Positions 1-13,344 are shown, counted from the stretch's first letter. The stretch is 56,474 nt of DNA from Macrostomum lignano (GCA_002269645.1 NIVC01002929.1:1-56474); one strand, 5' to 3'. A program made the numbers and translations. The notes: generated by a model not told the origin, from the letters alone.

Positions 1-128
1 AACAAACAGCAAATATTGAAAATGTTTTCACTGCAACTCCAGCCCAGGTGACCCACCGTGAAATCGAGAAATTATTACGCAAATAACAATATCCAAAAAG
101 GGAACCGGTGTGTCCTGCAACTCTGAAT

Positions 129-265
129 GTATATACACACCAGCAACGCTAGCTAAAGGTATGTACACACCAGCAACGCTAGCTAAAGGTATGTACACAC
201 CAGCAACGCTAGCTAAAGGTATGTACACACCAGCAACGCTAGCTAAAGGTATGTACACACCAGCG
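129..265. repeat. 30-bp minisatellite, about 4 copies
   Basis: Unit ATGTACACACCAGCAACGCTAGCTAAAGGT repeated; explains ORFs 28..258 and 110..307. Confidence 0.95.
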
Positions 266-1594
266 CTGGCAAAGCCACTGATGGCGCCAAAGTGTAGAAC
301 ACAATAAAACGTACGCAGCGCACAAACGCTAGACCAAAGTTTTTAAACCCAACGCTATAAATTGTGGATCTCTGCAGCCCAGCTTTCATTGCTGCAGAAT
401 TCACTACAATCCGCAAGCTCTGACCAAAGGTCGGATAGAAGACGAAGAAGACGAACCTCGTGGCTACCAGACTTTATACACATTATTCTTTCTCCTATGC
501 CTCTTATGGCCTTTTCGATTCCTTTACCCTCCGTTACGAGCTATCCAATAGTTTGCTATGCACTTTCTATTTTCTGCATCTAAATTAACATTTCCCTCTA
601 TCTGTACAGAGCGGAATGCTTAGTCTGGTCGGGAGGACAAATATAAACTTGCAGCATTTTGGTTCTTCTCTTACCTGAATGACCAGCCCAGTGAGAGTCA
701 TTCAATATTTTCTTATTATCAGCTGGCTGCATTAGTTGATTGGCAATAACTCACCAGGAAGTCTCAAGGTGCAGGAAGTTTCGCGGCAATATTACTCAAT
801 CAGTCTTGCTTTATTACTAATAAAGGTTGCATTGCCCAAATGACAGCTGCTTGATTGAAACGTTTCTCTATTGAGGCAATTCTTCTTACTTTCACTAAAG
901 TCTGACACAGTCACCCGTGTGAAGAGAAGCATAGGCAGTTTTATATAAGCCAGGTCGGACCCCTCGCGAGGCTTGATTGGCTAACTCCAACACAACCTCC
1001 AACTGGGGCCGTGGATTCCACCAAGGACCTTTCTGGTCGTATGGCATGCCATGGATTAGAACCCCCCCCCCCGAAAAGTTTTTTTGCTGCGCCAAAACAA
1101 AGCAACGCACGCACATGAAATTCGAGAATGCGGGCTCACTTTTTGTTGCACACCTTCTCAAACAGGAATCAAGTAGCCAGTCCTTAGGACCGTCGTGATA
1201 TTCAACGATTCTGCCAGAAGGTCGGATTTTTCCTATAAGCACCCCTGTGCGCCAATCAGCACTGCACCTTCGTGCAGCCTTGCCAAACCTCTAAATTTCA
1301 TCAGCACGTCGATCACATGTGTCTGCATCAGCTCTGACTTCGTTGGTCACTGGCCCTTCACCCAGACGAAGCTTCCGGACCTTCAACAGGTGGCCATTGA
1401 CGGGCGGAAAAATGGTTTGGTATTACTTACAGCTGAAATAGTAAATTTTACTATGCAGGACTTTCAAAGTAGACCTTTATCTCTGCTAATGCTTATGGCC
1501 CACTAAAGAGGAAACGCAAGCTATCCTGCACCCCTGTTTTGCTATCTGGTACACTAGTTCTTATTCTCACCTCTCACCCCCGTCTTTCTCTCCC

Positions 1595-1670
1595 CCCACT
1601 CGCCCCCGCTGATTGGCCAGCCGCGCTTGCGCATGACCTTCACCCCCCTCCTGTGCGTGATTGGCTCTGC
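1595..1670. promoter_or_regulatory. Promoter-like cluster (two ATTGG/CCAAT boxes, GC box, GCGCATG)
   Basis: GATTGGC at 1611 and 1659, CGCCCCCG just upstream, TGCGCATG between them; no associated gene identified. Confidence 0.3.
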
Positions 1671-2684
1671 CCAGACTAGCTTCAATTTCTCTCCCCTTGC
1701 CCAACCACCTCAGTCTGTCTGTCTACCCCTAGCTTAGCCTCCACCTCCTCCAAATTAGTAGCCTTTGTGGCAATTGCCTTGAATTGAAGAAGATGTACTT
1801 TTATTCTGTCTATCTACGGTGTGTAATTGAGAAATTAAGCTGGAATCTTATCCTAAACTAATCAGTAAAGCGCTTGTCTGCTCTCCAATCCACCAATCTA
1901 CAATTAGACGTCCATGGTATTCAATTTGAAATCCCGCGCTTATTCTACCTTCTTTCTGCCTTCTCCGCAGCGCTGCAGAAAATCGTTGAGCCTCAGGTTC
2001 TGAGATTTCCTCCCAACAAAACGAGTATGGGGGAGTTCAATCAAGTCTCATGTCGCAAACTCAATGCATCATTCTCAGAAAAGTGGCAGTTAACAAAGAA
2101 GCTGGCTCAACCAATAGCGTGGCGTCGTTTCAGCCTCATCCTGAGTTGTACTCTCTCTCTCTCTCTCTGTTATTACTTCCTCACGATATTTAATACCTTT
2201 GGCAATGAGGCGTGAGCGATAAAATTGGATTTGAGATTTATTTGAGCAAAATCGATGCATTCAGCTAATGCGACAAAGCACTTTAATTGCTGGAATGGCA
2301 CCGTTAATGGGTTAATCAATAGCTTTGAATGCAGCAACATCATAAAGTTTTATTTCAAGTCTTCCTGTTCGACAATGCAGCTGCAGAATACAGTTTGATG
2401 TATCTCCATCTACTGCAGAGTTTAAATGGTCCATTTTCTGATGCAAACCTTTCCTTTGACTAGCTAATAATGCATTATACAATACTCTCGTATCCGATGG
2501 CATCATAAAAGCTCGTTCAATTTCCAATTTTGGCAATTCAATTAGAGCCGTGTGAACTTGTCTGCTTTGGAGCTGTCTCAGCATTGTTCTGATTCTTTTC
2601 CATCTCGATCGCATTTCACATTTCATTGCAGCTTTGAAATATTTTTGGAATAATAAGCAGTAGATGGTACTTTTGGGTGCTGAG

Positions 2685-5600
2685 ATGAGATCTAGAGAGA
2701 GGAGAAGAGATCTAGAGAGAGGAGATGAGGACTAGAGAGAGGAGATGAGGGCTAGAGAGAGGAGATGAGGACTAGAGAGAGGAGATGAGAGCTAGACAGA
2801 GGAGATGAGAGCTAGACAGAGGAGATGAGAGCTAGACAGAGGAGATGAGAGCTAGACAGAGGAGATGAGAGCTAGACAGAGGAGATGAGAGCTAGAGAGA
2901 GGAGATGAGAGCTAGAGAGAGGAGATGAGAGCTAGAGAGGGAGATGAGAGCTAGAGAGAGGAGATGAGAGCTAGACAGAGGAGATGAGAGCTAGACAGAG
3001 GAGATGAGAGCTAGAGAGAGGAGATGAGAGCTAGAGAGAGGAGATGAGAGCTAGAGAGGGGAGATGAGAGCTAGAGAGGGAGATGAGAGCTAGAGAGGGA
3101 GATGAGAGCTAGAGAGGGAGATGAGAGCTAGAGAGGGGAGATGAGAGCTAGAGAGGGGAGATGAGAGCTAGAGAGGGGAGATGAGAGCTAGAGAGGGAGA
3201 TGAGAGCTAGAGAGGGAGATGAGAGCTAGAGAGGGAGATGAGAGCTAGAGAGGGGAGATGAGAGCTAGAGAGGGGAGATGAGAGCTAGAGAGGGAGATGA
3301 GAGCTAGAGAGGGGAGATGAGAGCTAGAGAGGGGAGATGAGAGCTCAGCGATTAACGCGTACCCAGTTGGGATTCCGTGTACGAAAATTGGCTCATGCTT
3401 GACGATGACAGATATTCTTGGTCGCTGCACACCCTGTGTGAGAGCTGTGCCTGAGAGCATCCTCTACCGTGCCGGCTGCCACCTCGATATTTTCGGCACT
3501 GCTGGAGCCCGCTTCAAGCAAACTAACCTGCCCTCTGGAACCCTCATAAACACGCAGCTACTAACATGAAGTGTTTTATTCAAAGAAGTGATGTAGTAGA
3601 GGTGATGCAGGCAAATAGTTCTCACTTATACGGAAATAATAATAATGAGCCTGTGACTAACAATATCAACTGTCACAAGTAGGCTCATGGGGTAAGTTGA
3701 TATCAATAATTTAGTTGATTGTCCTATTCCACTTACCTGTAGATGTACTTGGGCCTTCTTATCGGCGTGATTGGCAGCTGAATTGGCAGCTCAGCTCCTC
3801 GAATCGAAAGCATCTTCAAACCTCTTCTTGCGCTGCCCGTCTTCTAGGTGTTAGGCTTGGGTCTGTCCCACTGTACACTACAGATGTCTCAATTATCTGC
3901 CATATCGATTGGGATAACTTCATCTTGAGTGCCTCGCCACTTGTCTCTTTCGCATGCTGCTTGAATGCAGTATTAATTATCCAAGCTCTCCTGAAAGTTG
4001 AGACAAAAAGAGTACAAGAGGAAAATTAAGAAATGAGATCGAGGAACCAGAGTGGAAAGGAGAGGTTGAAAGATGATATGAGATCTAGAGAGAAGAAATA
4101 AGATATCGAAAGAAAGGGTGAGATCTAAAGAAATGGGGTGAGATCTAGAGAGAGCAGATGAGATCTAGAGAGAGCAGATGAGATCTAGAGAGGGGAGATG
4201 AGATCTAGAGAGAGCAGATGAGATCTAGAGAGAGCAGATGAGATCTAGAGAGGGGAGATGAGATCTAGAGAGAAGAGATGAGATTTCGATGGATGACATC
4301 AGATTTCGTGAGAATAGATGTGATCTAAAAAGAAGAGATGTGATATAGAGATAAGATAAGATCTAGAGAGAATAAATCAGATCTAGAGAGAAGAGATAAG
4401 ATCTAGAGAGAGGAGATGAGAGCTAGACAGAGGAGATGAGAGCTAGAGAGATGAGATGAGAGCTAGAGAGAGGAGATGAGAGCTAGACAGAGGAGATGAG
4501 AGCTAGACAGAGGAGATGAGAGCTAGACAGAGGAGATGAGAGCTAGACAGAGGAGATGAGAGCTAGACAGAGATGAGAGCTAGACAGAGGAGATGAGAGC
4601 TAGAGAGGGGAGATGAGAGCTAGAGAGGGGAGATGAGAGCTAGAGAGGGAGATGAGAGCTAGACAGAGGAGATGAGAGCTAGAGAGAGGAGATGAGAGCT
4701 AGAGAGGGGAGATGAGAGCTAGAGAGGGGAGATGAGAGCTAGAGAGAGGAGATGAGAGCTAGACAGAGGAGATGAGAGCTAGACAGAGGAGATGAGAGCT
4801 AGAGAGAGGAGATGAGAGCTAGAGAGAGGAGATGAGAGCTAGAGAGGGAGATGAGAGCTAGAGAGGGGAGATGAGAGCTAGAGAGGGAGATGAGAGCTAG
4901 AGAGGGGAGATGAGAGCTAGAGAGGGGAGATGAGAGCTAGAGAGGGGAGATGAGAGCTAGAGAGGGAGATGAGAGCTAGAGAGGGAGATGAGAGCTAGAG
5001 AGGGAGATGAGAGCTAGAGAGGGAGATGAGAGCTAGAGAGGGGAGATGAGAGCTAGAGAGGGGAGATGAGAGCTAGAGAGGGGAGATGAGAGCTAGAGAG
5101 GGGAGATGAGAGCTCAGCGATTAACGCGTACCCAGTTGGGATTCCGTGTACGAAAATTGGCTCATGCTTGACGATGACAGATATTCTTGGTCGCTGCACA
5201 CCCTGTGTGAGAGCTGTGCCTGAGAGCATCCTCTACCGTGCCGGCTGCCACCTCGATATTTTCGGCACTGCCTGGAGCCCCGCTTCAAGCAAACTAACCT
5301 GCCCTCTGGAACCCTCATAAACACGCAGCTACTAACATGAAGTGTTTTATTCAAAGAAGTGATGTAGTAGAGGTGATGCAGGCAAATAGTTCTCACTTAT
5401 ACGGAAATAATAATAATGAGCCTGTGACTAACAATATCAACTGTCACAAGTAGGCTCATGGGGTAAGTTGATATCAATAATTTAGTTGATTGTCCTATTC
5501 CACTTACCTGTAGATGTACTTGGGCCTTCTTATCGGCGTGATTGGCAGCTGAATTGGCAGCTCAGCTCCTCGAATCGAAAGCATCTTCAAACCTCTTCTT

Positions 5601-6700
5601 GCGCTGCCCGTCTTCTAGGTGTTAGGCTTGGGTCTGTCCACTGTACACTACAGATGTCTCAATTATCTGCCATATCGATTGGGATAACTTCATCTTGAGT
5701 GCCTCGCCACTTGTCTCTTTCGCATGCTGCTTGAATGCAGTATTAATTATCCAAGCTCTCCTGAAAGTTGAGACAAAAGAGTACAAGAGGAAAATTAAGA
5801 AATGAGATCGAGGAACCAGAGTGGAAAGGAGAGGTTGAAAGATGATATGAGATCTAGAGAGAAGAAATAAGATATCGAAAGAAAGGGTGAGATCTAAAGA
5901 AATGGGGTGAGATCTAGAGAGAGCAGATGAGATCTAGAGAGAGCAGATGAGATCTAGAGAGGGGAGATGAGATCTAGAGAGAGCAGATGAGATCTAGAGA
6001 GGGGAGATGAGATCTAGAGAGAGCAGATGAGATCTAGAGAGAGCAGATGAGATCTAGAGAGGGGAGATGAGATCTAGAGAGAGCAGATGAGATCTAGAGA
6101 GAGCAGATGAGATCTAGAGAGGGGAGATGAGATCTAGAGAGAGCAGATGAGATCTAGAGAGAGCAGATGAGATCTAGAGAGAGCAGATGAGATCTAGAGA
6201 GGGGAGATGAGATCTAGAGAGAGCAGATGAGATCTAGAGAGAGCAGATGAGATCTAGAGAGGGGAGATAAGATCTAGAGAGAAGAGATGAGATTTCGATG
6301 GATGACATCAGATTTCGTGAGAATAGATGCGATCTAAAAAGAAGAGATGCGATGTCGAGATAAGATAAGATCTAGAGAGAATAAATCAGATCTAGAGAGA
6401 AGAGATCAGATCTAGAGAGAAGAGATAAGATCTAGAGAGAGGAGATGAGATCTAGAGAAACGAGATGAGATTTAGATAGATAAGATGAGATCTACAGAAA
6501 AGAGATAAGTTCTACAGAGTTCGATGAGATCTAGAGAGAATAGATGAGATCTAGAGAGAAGAAATGCGATCTGGAGAGAAGAGAGGAGATTTCGATAGAT
6601 AAGATGAGATCTACAGAAAAGAGATAAGATCTACAGAGAATAGATAAGATCTAGAGAGAAGAGATGCGATCTGGAGAGAAGAGATGAGACTGGATAGAAA
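2685..6700. repeat. Purine-rich GAGATGAGA(G/T)CTAGAGA satellite blocks (about 19-20 bp) interleaved with a duplicated unique segment
   Basis: Arrays at about 2685-3344, 4030-5113 and 5800-6700, with GAGCTAGA and GATCTAGA subtypes. Confidence 0.95.
3345..6430. repeat. Tandem direct duplication, period about 1770 bp
   Basis: 3345-~4400 reappears at 5114-~6430; the unique part begins TCAGCGATTAACGCGTACC in both copies; ORFs 3715 and 5486 are the two copies. Confidence 0.95.
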
Positions 6701-7084
6701 GAGGCTCCGCAGTCCCACAAAATCTGCAAAGCAGCAAAAGTATTTAACCGGGCACGCTGGCCCAGATAGATAAACAATTATGTTTCACTTCAAACCTGTC
6801 CTAATCCGTCGGACCGAGCCCTACTTGCAGACTCCAGTCCACGTCAGTCTCTGACGTGCCCCATCACGAATACGTACGTTCTTCCCATTTCACGCTGGTT
6901 GTGGCAGGGGGGAGTTATTTTCGCGCCACTTAACAAACCGGCTCTCGTGGAAGCTTTAATTGCGTTTGATACATTTTTACTGAAATAATTTTTCCTTTGA
7001 TTTCTTTCTTTGATTCGACATGGACAACTAGATACATGCATCTTTAATCTGGATTGGACACTGCTGGGGTCAGGATTCATCAGC

Positions 7085-7655
7085 GTAGAGTGCTAGACAT
7101 GGAATCTGGATAGGGAAACTCAATCCTGGCAATGGAGGCTAAATTGGCATGGAGTGCTAGACATGGAATCTGGATAGGGAAACTCAATCCTGGCATGGAG
7201 TGCTAGACATGGAATCTGGATAGGGAAACTCAATCTTGGCTATAAAGGCTAAATTGGCATGGAGTGCTAGACATGGAATCTGGATAGGGAAACTCAATCC
7301 TGGCAATAAAGGCGAAATTGGCATGGAGTGCTAGACATGGAATCTGGATAGGGAAACTCAATCCTGGCAATAAAGGCTAAATTGGCATGGAGTGCTAGAC
7401 ATGGAATCTGGATAGGGAAACTCAATCCTGGCAATAAAGGCGAAATTGGCATGGAGTGCTAGACATGGAATCTGGATAGGGAAACTCAATCCTGGCAATA
7501 AAGACTAAATTGGCATGGAGTGCTAGACATGGAATCTGGATAGGGAAACTCAATCCTGGCAATGGAGACTAAACTAGCATGGAGTGCTAGACATGGAATC
7601 TGGATAGGGAAACTCAATCCTGGCAATGGAGGCTAAATTGTCATGGAGTGCTAGA
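7085..7655. repeat. 64-bp minisatellite, about 9 copies
   Basis: Unit CATGGAGTGCTAGACATGGAATCTGGATAGGGAAACTCAATCCTGGCAATAAAGGCTAAATTGG; starts at 7258, 7322 and 7386. Confidence 0.95.
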
Positions 7656-8514
7656 TTGGTTTGGCATCTTAACAAGGAGTTCTAAAGCATAGTATCTGGA
7701 TAGACAGCTGCTGATTTAGCCCAATTTAAGATACACATTAGCTCAGCTTGTATTGGTTCAAGGGGTGAAAAAACGACAAGAAAATATGTTTGGTCGTAGC
7801 CAACCAGCTGTCCCCTGAAAACTCTTGTAGATTTGATGGGGGGAGGGGATTTTTATTTGCCTTTCTCCCTTCCAGGGGGAAGCGATGAAGCCTCCTCTCT
7901 GCCCGCCCTCCCCTCTTTACAGGATAATCAGGCGAAGGCCTGAGGGTTTGCAAAAAACTGCTCACATGAGTATTGAGCATTGTTGTTACTGATATTGCAC
8001 TCAGCTCTCGTAAAAAATCCGAATCCTAATTGCCCAGTCTTGCCACTCTGTCGTCGTATGAATATTTCATCACAAAAGTACATTTTAATATCCTTGACAA
8101 ATATGTTTTACAATTGGTAGAGTGGAATGTGGCTTAATTGAATAAATTTTATTGATCCAAACCTGCATTGTATTGTTAAGCAGAGTTAAATAGATTTCAA
8201 CTGCAAAATTATTTCATTACTACTTCCTATAGAAATTTTAGTAGTGTACCTCGCGTGTTTCTGTCAGGCTGATAGCGAGCACAAATTTTCCCAGGGGTGC
8301 TAGTCAGGCGTCAGACTTAATGCATTTTCAGTGCGTGCTGCTGGAGACAGAATATGATACCAGCAGCTGATCGATGCTTGATGAAGCAGCTCTTTTATCG
8401 ATCTGTGTGACCCAGCCGAATCGCCGAATGAGAACATAGCAGTTTACAAGCCTGCCTGCTTTGCATGCGCGCTTAGCCAAGCGTTAGTTGGGACTTTCGA
8501 TTGCGAGCGCTGTT

Positions 8515-8810
8515 GGGAGCTGCTGGTGGCGCTGTTAGGGACGCTGTTAGGGGAGCTGTTAGGGGAGCTGTCAAGGGGTTGTTAGGGGCTGTTAGGGACG
8601 CTGTTAGGGGGGCTTCTAGGGGCTGTTAGGGGCTGTTAAGGGCTGTTAGGGGCTGCTAGGGGGCTGTTAGGGGGCTGTTAGGGGGGCTGTTAGGAGGCTG
8701 TTAGGGGCTGTTAAGGGCTGTTAGGGGCTGTTAAGGGCTGTTAGGGGGCTGTTAGGGGGGCTGTTAGGAGGCTGTTAGGGGCGCTGTCAGGGGGTTGTTA
8801 GGGGCGCAAA
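8515..8810. repeat. G-rich (GGGGCTGTTAGG)-type minisatellite containing TTAGGG
   Basis: Irregular 10-13 bp units CTGTTAGGG(G)n. Confidence 0.9.
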
Positions 8811-9388
8811 AATCAAGCATGCAATCGAGTACATCAACTAACGACAATGAACAAACGTGTTAAACTTTCTATTTCAGCAAACTATTTTTTTCGGAAATAA
8901 ATGAGACTCAAAAAAGGTTTCTAAGAAACGAACATGTCAATGGCATGAATTCTAGTGATGCTGGAGTGCAATTAATGAAGATGAACTATTTCATTATCTC
9001 GCACATGGAGAACTTCTATCTAGGAGAGATGTAAGTACCGACAATTTTTTCGAGTTGAATAGTTGCTAGCCACTATAACGATACCATTACTAGAAAGCCT
9101 ATATTGAGCGTAGTTAGGGAAATCATCAGCTTCCTTTTTCTCTCTTACGAGCTCTCTACAGTGCAAAATGAATATTCATGGTCTCATTAATACGGCAGCC
9201 ATCGGCGGAGAGAGCGAGGCTGGAGAGAAGATTCGAATCCAGGAGGGAAAGTTGCAGCCAATCAACGATGGGCATTTCGCCCCGCGGCGAAATTGAAGTA
9301 TTTGAAGTGCAACTTCGAAAGATCGGGGTATAGCGCAAGTTTTAAAATCTTTTCTGGGAAATTTCGAAAGCGAAAAACACTGCAAACT

Positions 9389-10964
9389 ATGAATCGCAGG
9401 CACGGTTATCCCTATGCTTCATCGGTGTCGTCTACAGACTCCGTGATGAACCCGATTCATGGAAGAAAAACCAGGCAGCAACAACCAAGCTTCATCAACG
9501 AATGGCACAATAAGCGAAGAAAGCACGGGTGCCAAAATCAGTCACCAGCCGAGAAGTTGAACGACCTTGAGGTGATTTTCTACGGTAAAGTTTATCGACT
9601 ATCAGGCCTGGGATCACTGGACCCGACGGCACTGTGCAGAGATTTGGTCTACGCCCTGGTCTGGTCTCAATGTCGGGCCAACGCCACAGAGCAGGATGAG
9701 ACCGCTGACTGCTGCTTTGATTGTCTGCAGACTGAAAGCGAGCGCTACGAAATGGTGGTCGAATTTCCAGGTGATTTTTTCAAGCTAGATAACACAGCCG
9801 CCTCACTCCCCAGATAATACAACCACACCACTCCCCAGATAACACAGTCACCCCACTCCCCAGATAACAGCCACCCCACTCCATGGATAACACAGCCACC
9901 CATAGATAACACAGCCACCCATAGATAACACAGCCACCCATAGATAACACAGCCACCCATAGATAACACAGCCACCCATAGATAACACAGCCACCCATAG
10001 ATAACACAGCCACCCATAGATAACACAGCCACCCATAGATAACACAGCCACCCATAGATAACACAGCCACCCATAGATAACACAGCCACCCATAGATAAC
10101 ACAGCCACCCATAGATAACACAGCCACCCATAGATAACACAGCCACCCATAGATAACACAGCCACCCATAGATAACACAGCCACCCCACTCCCCAGTAAA
10201 GACAGCCACCCCACTCCCCAAAAAACACAACCACCCCGATCCCCAGATATCACAGCAACTCCACTCCCTAGATAGAGCCAGCCCCATCTACTAGTGGGTA
10301 ATCCCCCAGTTTTCAGTCCCTCCAGCCTCTTCCCTCTTCACCCGAAAACCCAGGCAAGCTGAAGCGAGTCCGCAACAATCTAACCGTCGAACGATTTCTA
10401 CGTCGGCTCCGCCGTCATCGTCAAAACTACCGACTTCGGGTACGACCTCGTCGACTTACTCGCCGGGTCACATTTGAGGTTAAAGACAACAGCGCCACCG
10501 CTGGCAGCAACCAGGAAGCCACCAAAGCCATCGATGTGGTTCAGGATGTGGACGAATCCGGCAAGCTGATCCGCGACTGGATGCGCCGACTCAACCTCGA
10601 CACGAAGACCAACAACTCTACCTGCACAACTGCTGCGGTTGGCGCATCTCGCAGCCGCAGGCGCCGGGTTGTGGAGGTTCGTCTGCTGTCAACCACGACA
10701 ACGCTGGTCGAGGCAGCGACAGACTGTCCAACCAACGGTGGCTGCAGCGCCGACAGCGATACGGGCGTGAGCAGCATGGATCCGGCAGACTCCGACCGGC
10801 TCTGCTGCCCGCATCGGCGGCGCTCCTGTCAGGGGTGCATGTACAAACCGAAGTCTGCCAACAGCCGCGGCAAACAGCCATTGAAAGGATTCAGGCTGTA
10901 CCTGACCGAATGCTTGACTGACTGCGACACGCCGGACATCATGTACTTTGCTACGCTTGTCTGA
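9389..10964 (+). CDS. RASSF9/10: N-terminal RASSF (RASSF9/10, meru-like) Ras-association domain protein, about 330 aa, 2 exons
   Basis: Exons 9389-9770 (GTGATT donor, phase 1) and 10354-10964 (CCCAG acceptor) join in frame. RA-like segment LEVIFYGKVYRLSGL..CRDLVYAL..RYEMVVEFPGKLKRV..NYRLRVR. C-terminal DSDTGVSSM..DSD motif and ATLV-stop end resemble recalled RASSF9/10 tails. Start codon uncertain. Confidence 0.7.
9800..10270. repeat. Intronic 19-bp minisatellite
   Basis: GATAACACAGCCACCCATA about 15 perfect copies with degenerate flanks, inside the RASSF intron. Confidence 0.95.
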
Positions 10965-11159
10965 CAGTTTGAAAAGTGCATTGGGAAAGTCTGCTACTTG
11001 TAAAACTTGTTACTTGTTGATGTAACATTCTCGTTCTATTATCTGATGCTATGAGTAGGATGATGTATTATGAAAATTCTTATCCTCACTTTGAGAGCTT
11101 TATAATTCCCCCTAATAGTCTCGATTCTCGATATTCTCAGACCTAGACCGACTGATCAA

Positions 11160-11590
11160 TCTAGATAATCTCGCACCGATACTGTCTAAATCTTTAGGAT
11201 AATCCTATAGAATCTTGATTTTTTCTTAAGATAATCTCACACAGAGACTTGATAATTTCTAACGATAATCTCACACTGACACTTGATTATTCCGCAAGAT
11301 AATCTCACATTGAGACTTGATAAATCCGCAAGATAATCTCACATTGAGACTTGATAATTCCGCAAGATAATCTCACATTGAGACTTGATAATTCCGCAAG
11401 ATAATCTCACACTGAGACTTGATAATTTCTAACGATAATCTCACACTGACACTTGATTATTCCGCAAGATAATCTCACATTGAGACTTGATAATTCCGCA
11501 AGATAATCTCACATTGAGACTTGATAATTCCGCAAGATAATCTCACACTGAGACTTGATAATTCCGCAAGATAATCTCACACTGAGACTC
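11160..11590. repeat. 34-bp minisatellite (GATAATCTCACA family)
   Basis: Unit GATAATCTCACATTGAGACTTGATAATTCCGCAA; same family as 15840-16900. Confidence 0.9.
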
Positions 11591-12284
11591 GACAAACTAC
11601 AAATACTTGCTAGCCGAGAAATGCAGAACCATAAATAGCTCTAAATAGCTTTTATTGATTGTTAAATATATTTCATTCAGATCAGTCTAGATCCACTACT
11701 GTTTCCCCAATCGCCATCACAGTAAGCCAAGGTCAAGCCTGTTAATAAACAAATATATCCAGTAATATCCAGTAAAGCAGGAAAAACAGATTGCTAAACT
11801 ATGTTTGACGTATCCTGGTCACCTGGGCGGAGAAACTGCAGAGCGCACAGCTGTAGAAACATCAGGATATTGGGCGGCGCATGCCCCTGTCTCTCTCGTC
11901 TACAGGAACACCATCGGACGGCAGACAGACAGACGGACACGTTTAGTTACCAGGCCAGAAAATAGCCTATAATAGCCCTTATCCACCCAAGGAAACATGC
12001 TGACCGCAATTCTGACACATCCAGGATGTGCAACTGTTGCGTGCTAGGACAGGGCTTGGGTCATCTGTCCACCAAGTCTGTCCAAAAGCATGCCGATGCT
12101 GCACTGTTGCTAAGCTGCTGTTCGTCTCAGGGAACCGGGGGGATGACCGCTGTAAACTACATGTAGGATGAATGACTCAGCGCTCGCAGTAAAATAGGCT
12201 GGCTGAAGGCCAACACAACTATATCCTGAGTGACTGGCATTTGTGCGTTCTCTTTCTGGGACCCAAAAGTTGCAGTCTGGGTAT

Positions 12285-12890
12285 ACAGACTGGGAGCTAC
12301 AGACTGGGAGCTACAGACTGGGAGCTACAGACTGGGAGCTACAGACTGGGAGCTACAGACTGGGAGCTACAGACTGGGAGCTACAGACTGGGAGCTACAG
12401 ACTGGGAGCTACAGACTGGGAGCTACAGACTGGGAGCTACAGACTGGGAGCTACAGACTGGGAGCTACAGACTGGGAGCTACAGACTGGGAGCTACAGAC
12501 TGGGAGCTACAGACTGGGAGCTACAGACTGGGAGCTACAGACTGGGAGCTACAGACTGGGAGCTACAGACTGGGAGCTACAGACTGGGAGCTACAGACTG
12601 GGAGCTACAGACTGGGAGCTACAGACTGGGAGCTACAGACTGGGAGCTACAGACTGGGAGCTACAGACTGGGAGCTACAGACTGGGAGCTACAGACTGGG
12701 AGCTACAGACTGGGAGCTACAGACTGGGAGCTACAGACTGGGAGCTACAGACTGGGAGCTACAGACTGGGAGCTACAGACTGGGAGCTACAGACTGGGAG
12801 CTACAGACTGGGAGCTACAGACTGGGAGCTACAGACTGGGAGCTACAGACTGGGAGCTACAGACTGGGAGCTACAGACTGGGAGCTACAA
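12285..12890. repeat. Homogeneous 14-bp minisatellite, about 43 copies
   Basis: ACAGACTGGGAGCT repeated; gives the three YRLGATDWELQTGS ORFs. Confidence 0.97.
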
Positions 12891-13344
12891 ACTGGGGAAT
12901 TTCCAAAGCCCGAAAAATACCCATCGTGTAAAAGTCCTACATCGTGTTGACAGGATGGGAAAATCTTTCACCGCCGCGGGAACAAACAGAAGCAAAGAAG
13001 TAACGACAATAGAAATACTGAGGCTTGAAGAAAAGAGCTCATATTGGTCCAACAGATTCGCAGAGACAGATGGTATGCGGATAAACCAACCCAACTAAAC
13101 TTTAATAGCGGGTGACTCCGCCCAAACTTGATTTGCAGGAGCTTGGATAATTTGCAGGCAGGGCCATCCTTACCGAATCGGTTTCCTTTCCCTGCGAGTT
13201 CGAGATGAATCTGAATTCGATAGAGATGAGGCCCGGTTGTTAGGAGAGAGACAGACGGATGGAAGACGTCTAAATCCTTCCACAGCGAGCTGATGATGAG
13301 GTCGAGTTTGCCTTGGTAAGAAGCTGAATCACCGAGTCACTCAA

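Noticed and set aside
400-551. Possible terminal exon (IHYNPQALTKGRIEDEEDEPRGYQTLYTLFFLLCLLW..) of a gene entering from the left edge
   Set aside because: Plausible acceptor but no recognisable homology, and upstream exons would be outside the window.
895-1506. Overlapping ORFs, including a kinase-like GLARLHE fragment on the minus strand
   Set aside because: No HRD, DFG or other supporting motifs; stops and frame changes; no splice model.
2312-2626. 104-aa minus-strand ORF (MKCEMRSRWKRIRTMLRQL..)
   Set aside because: No recognisable domain or splice partners; could be a TE relic. Needs a homology search.
7085-7655. CRISPR-like regular arrays (here and at 36925, 39995)
   Set aside because: No unique spacers; units repeat end to end; eukaryotic context with no cas genes.
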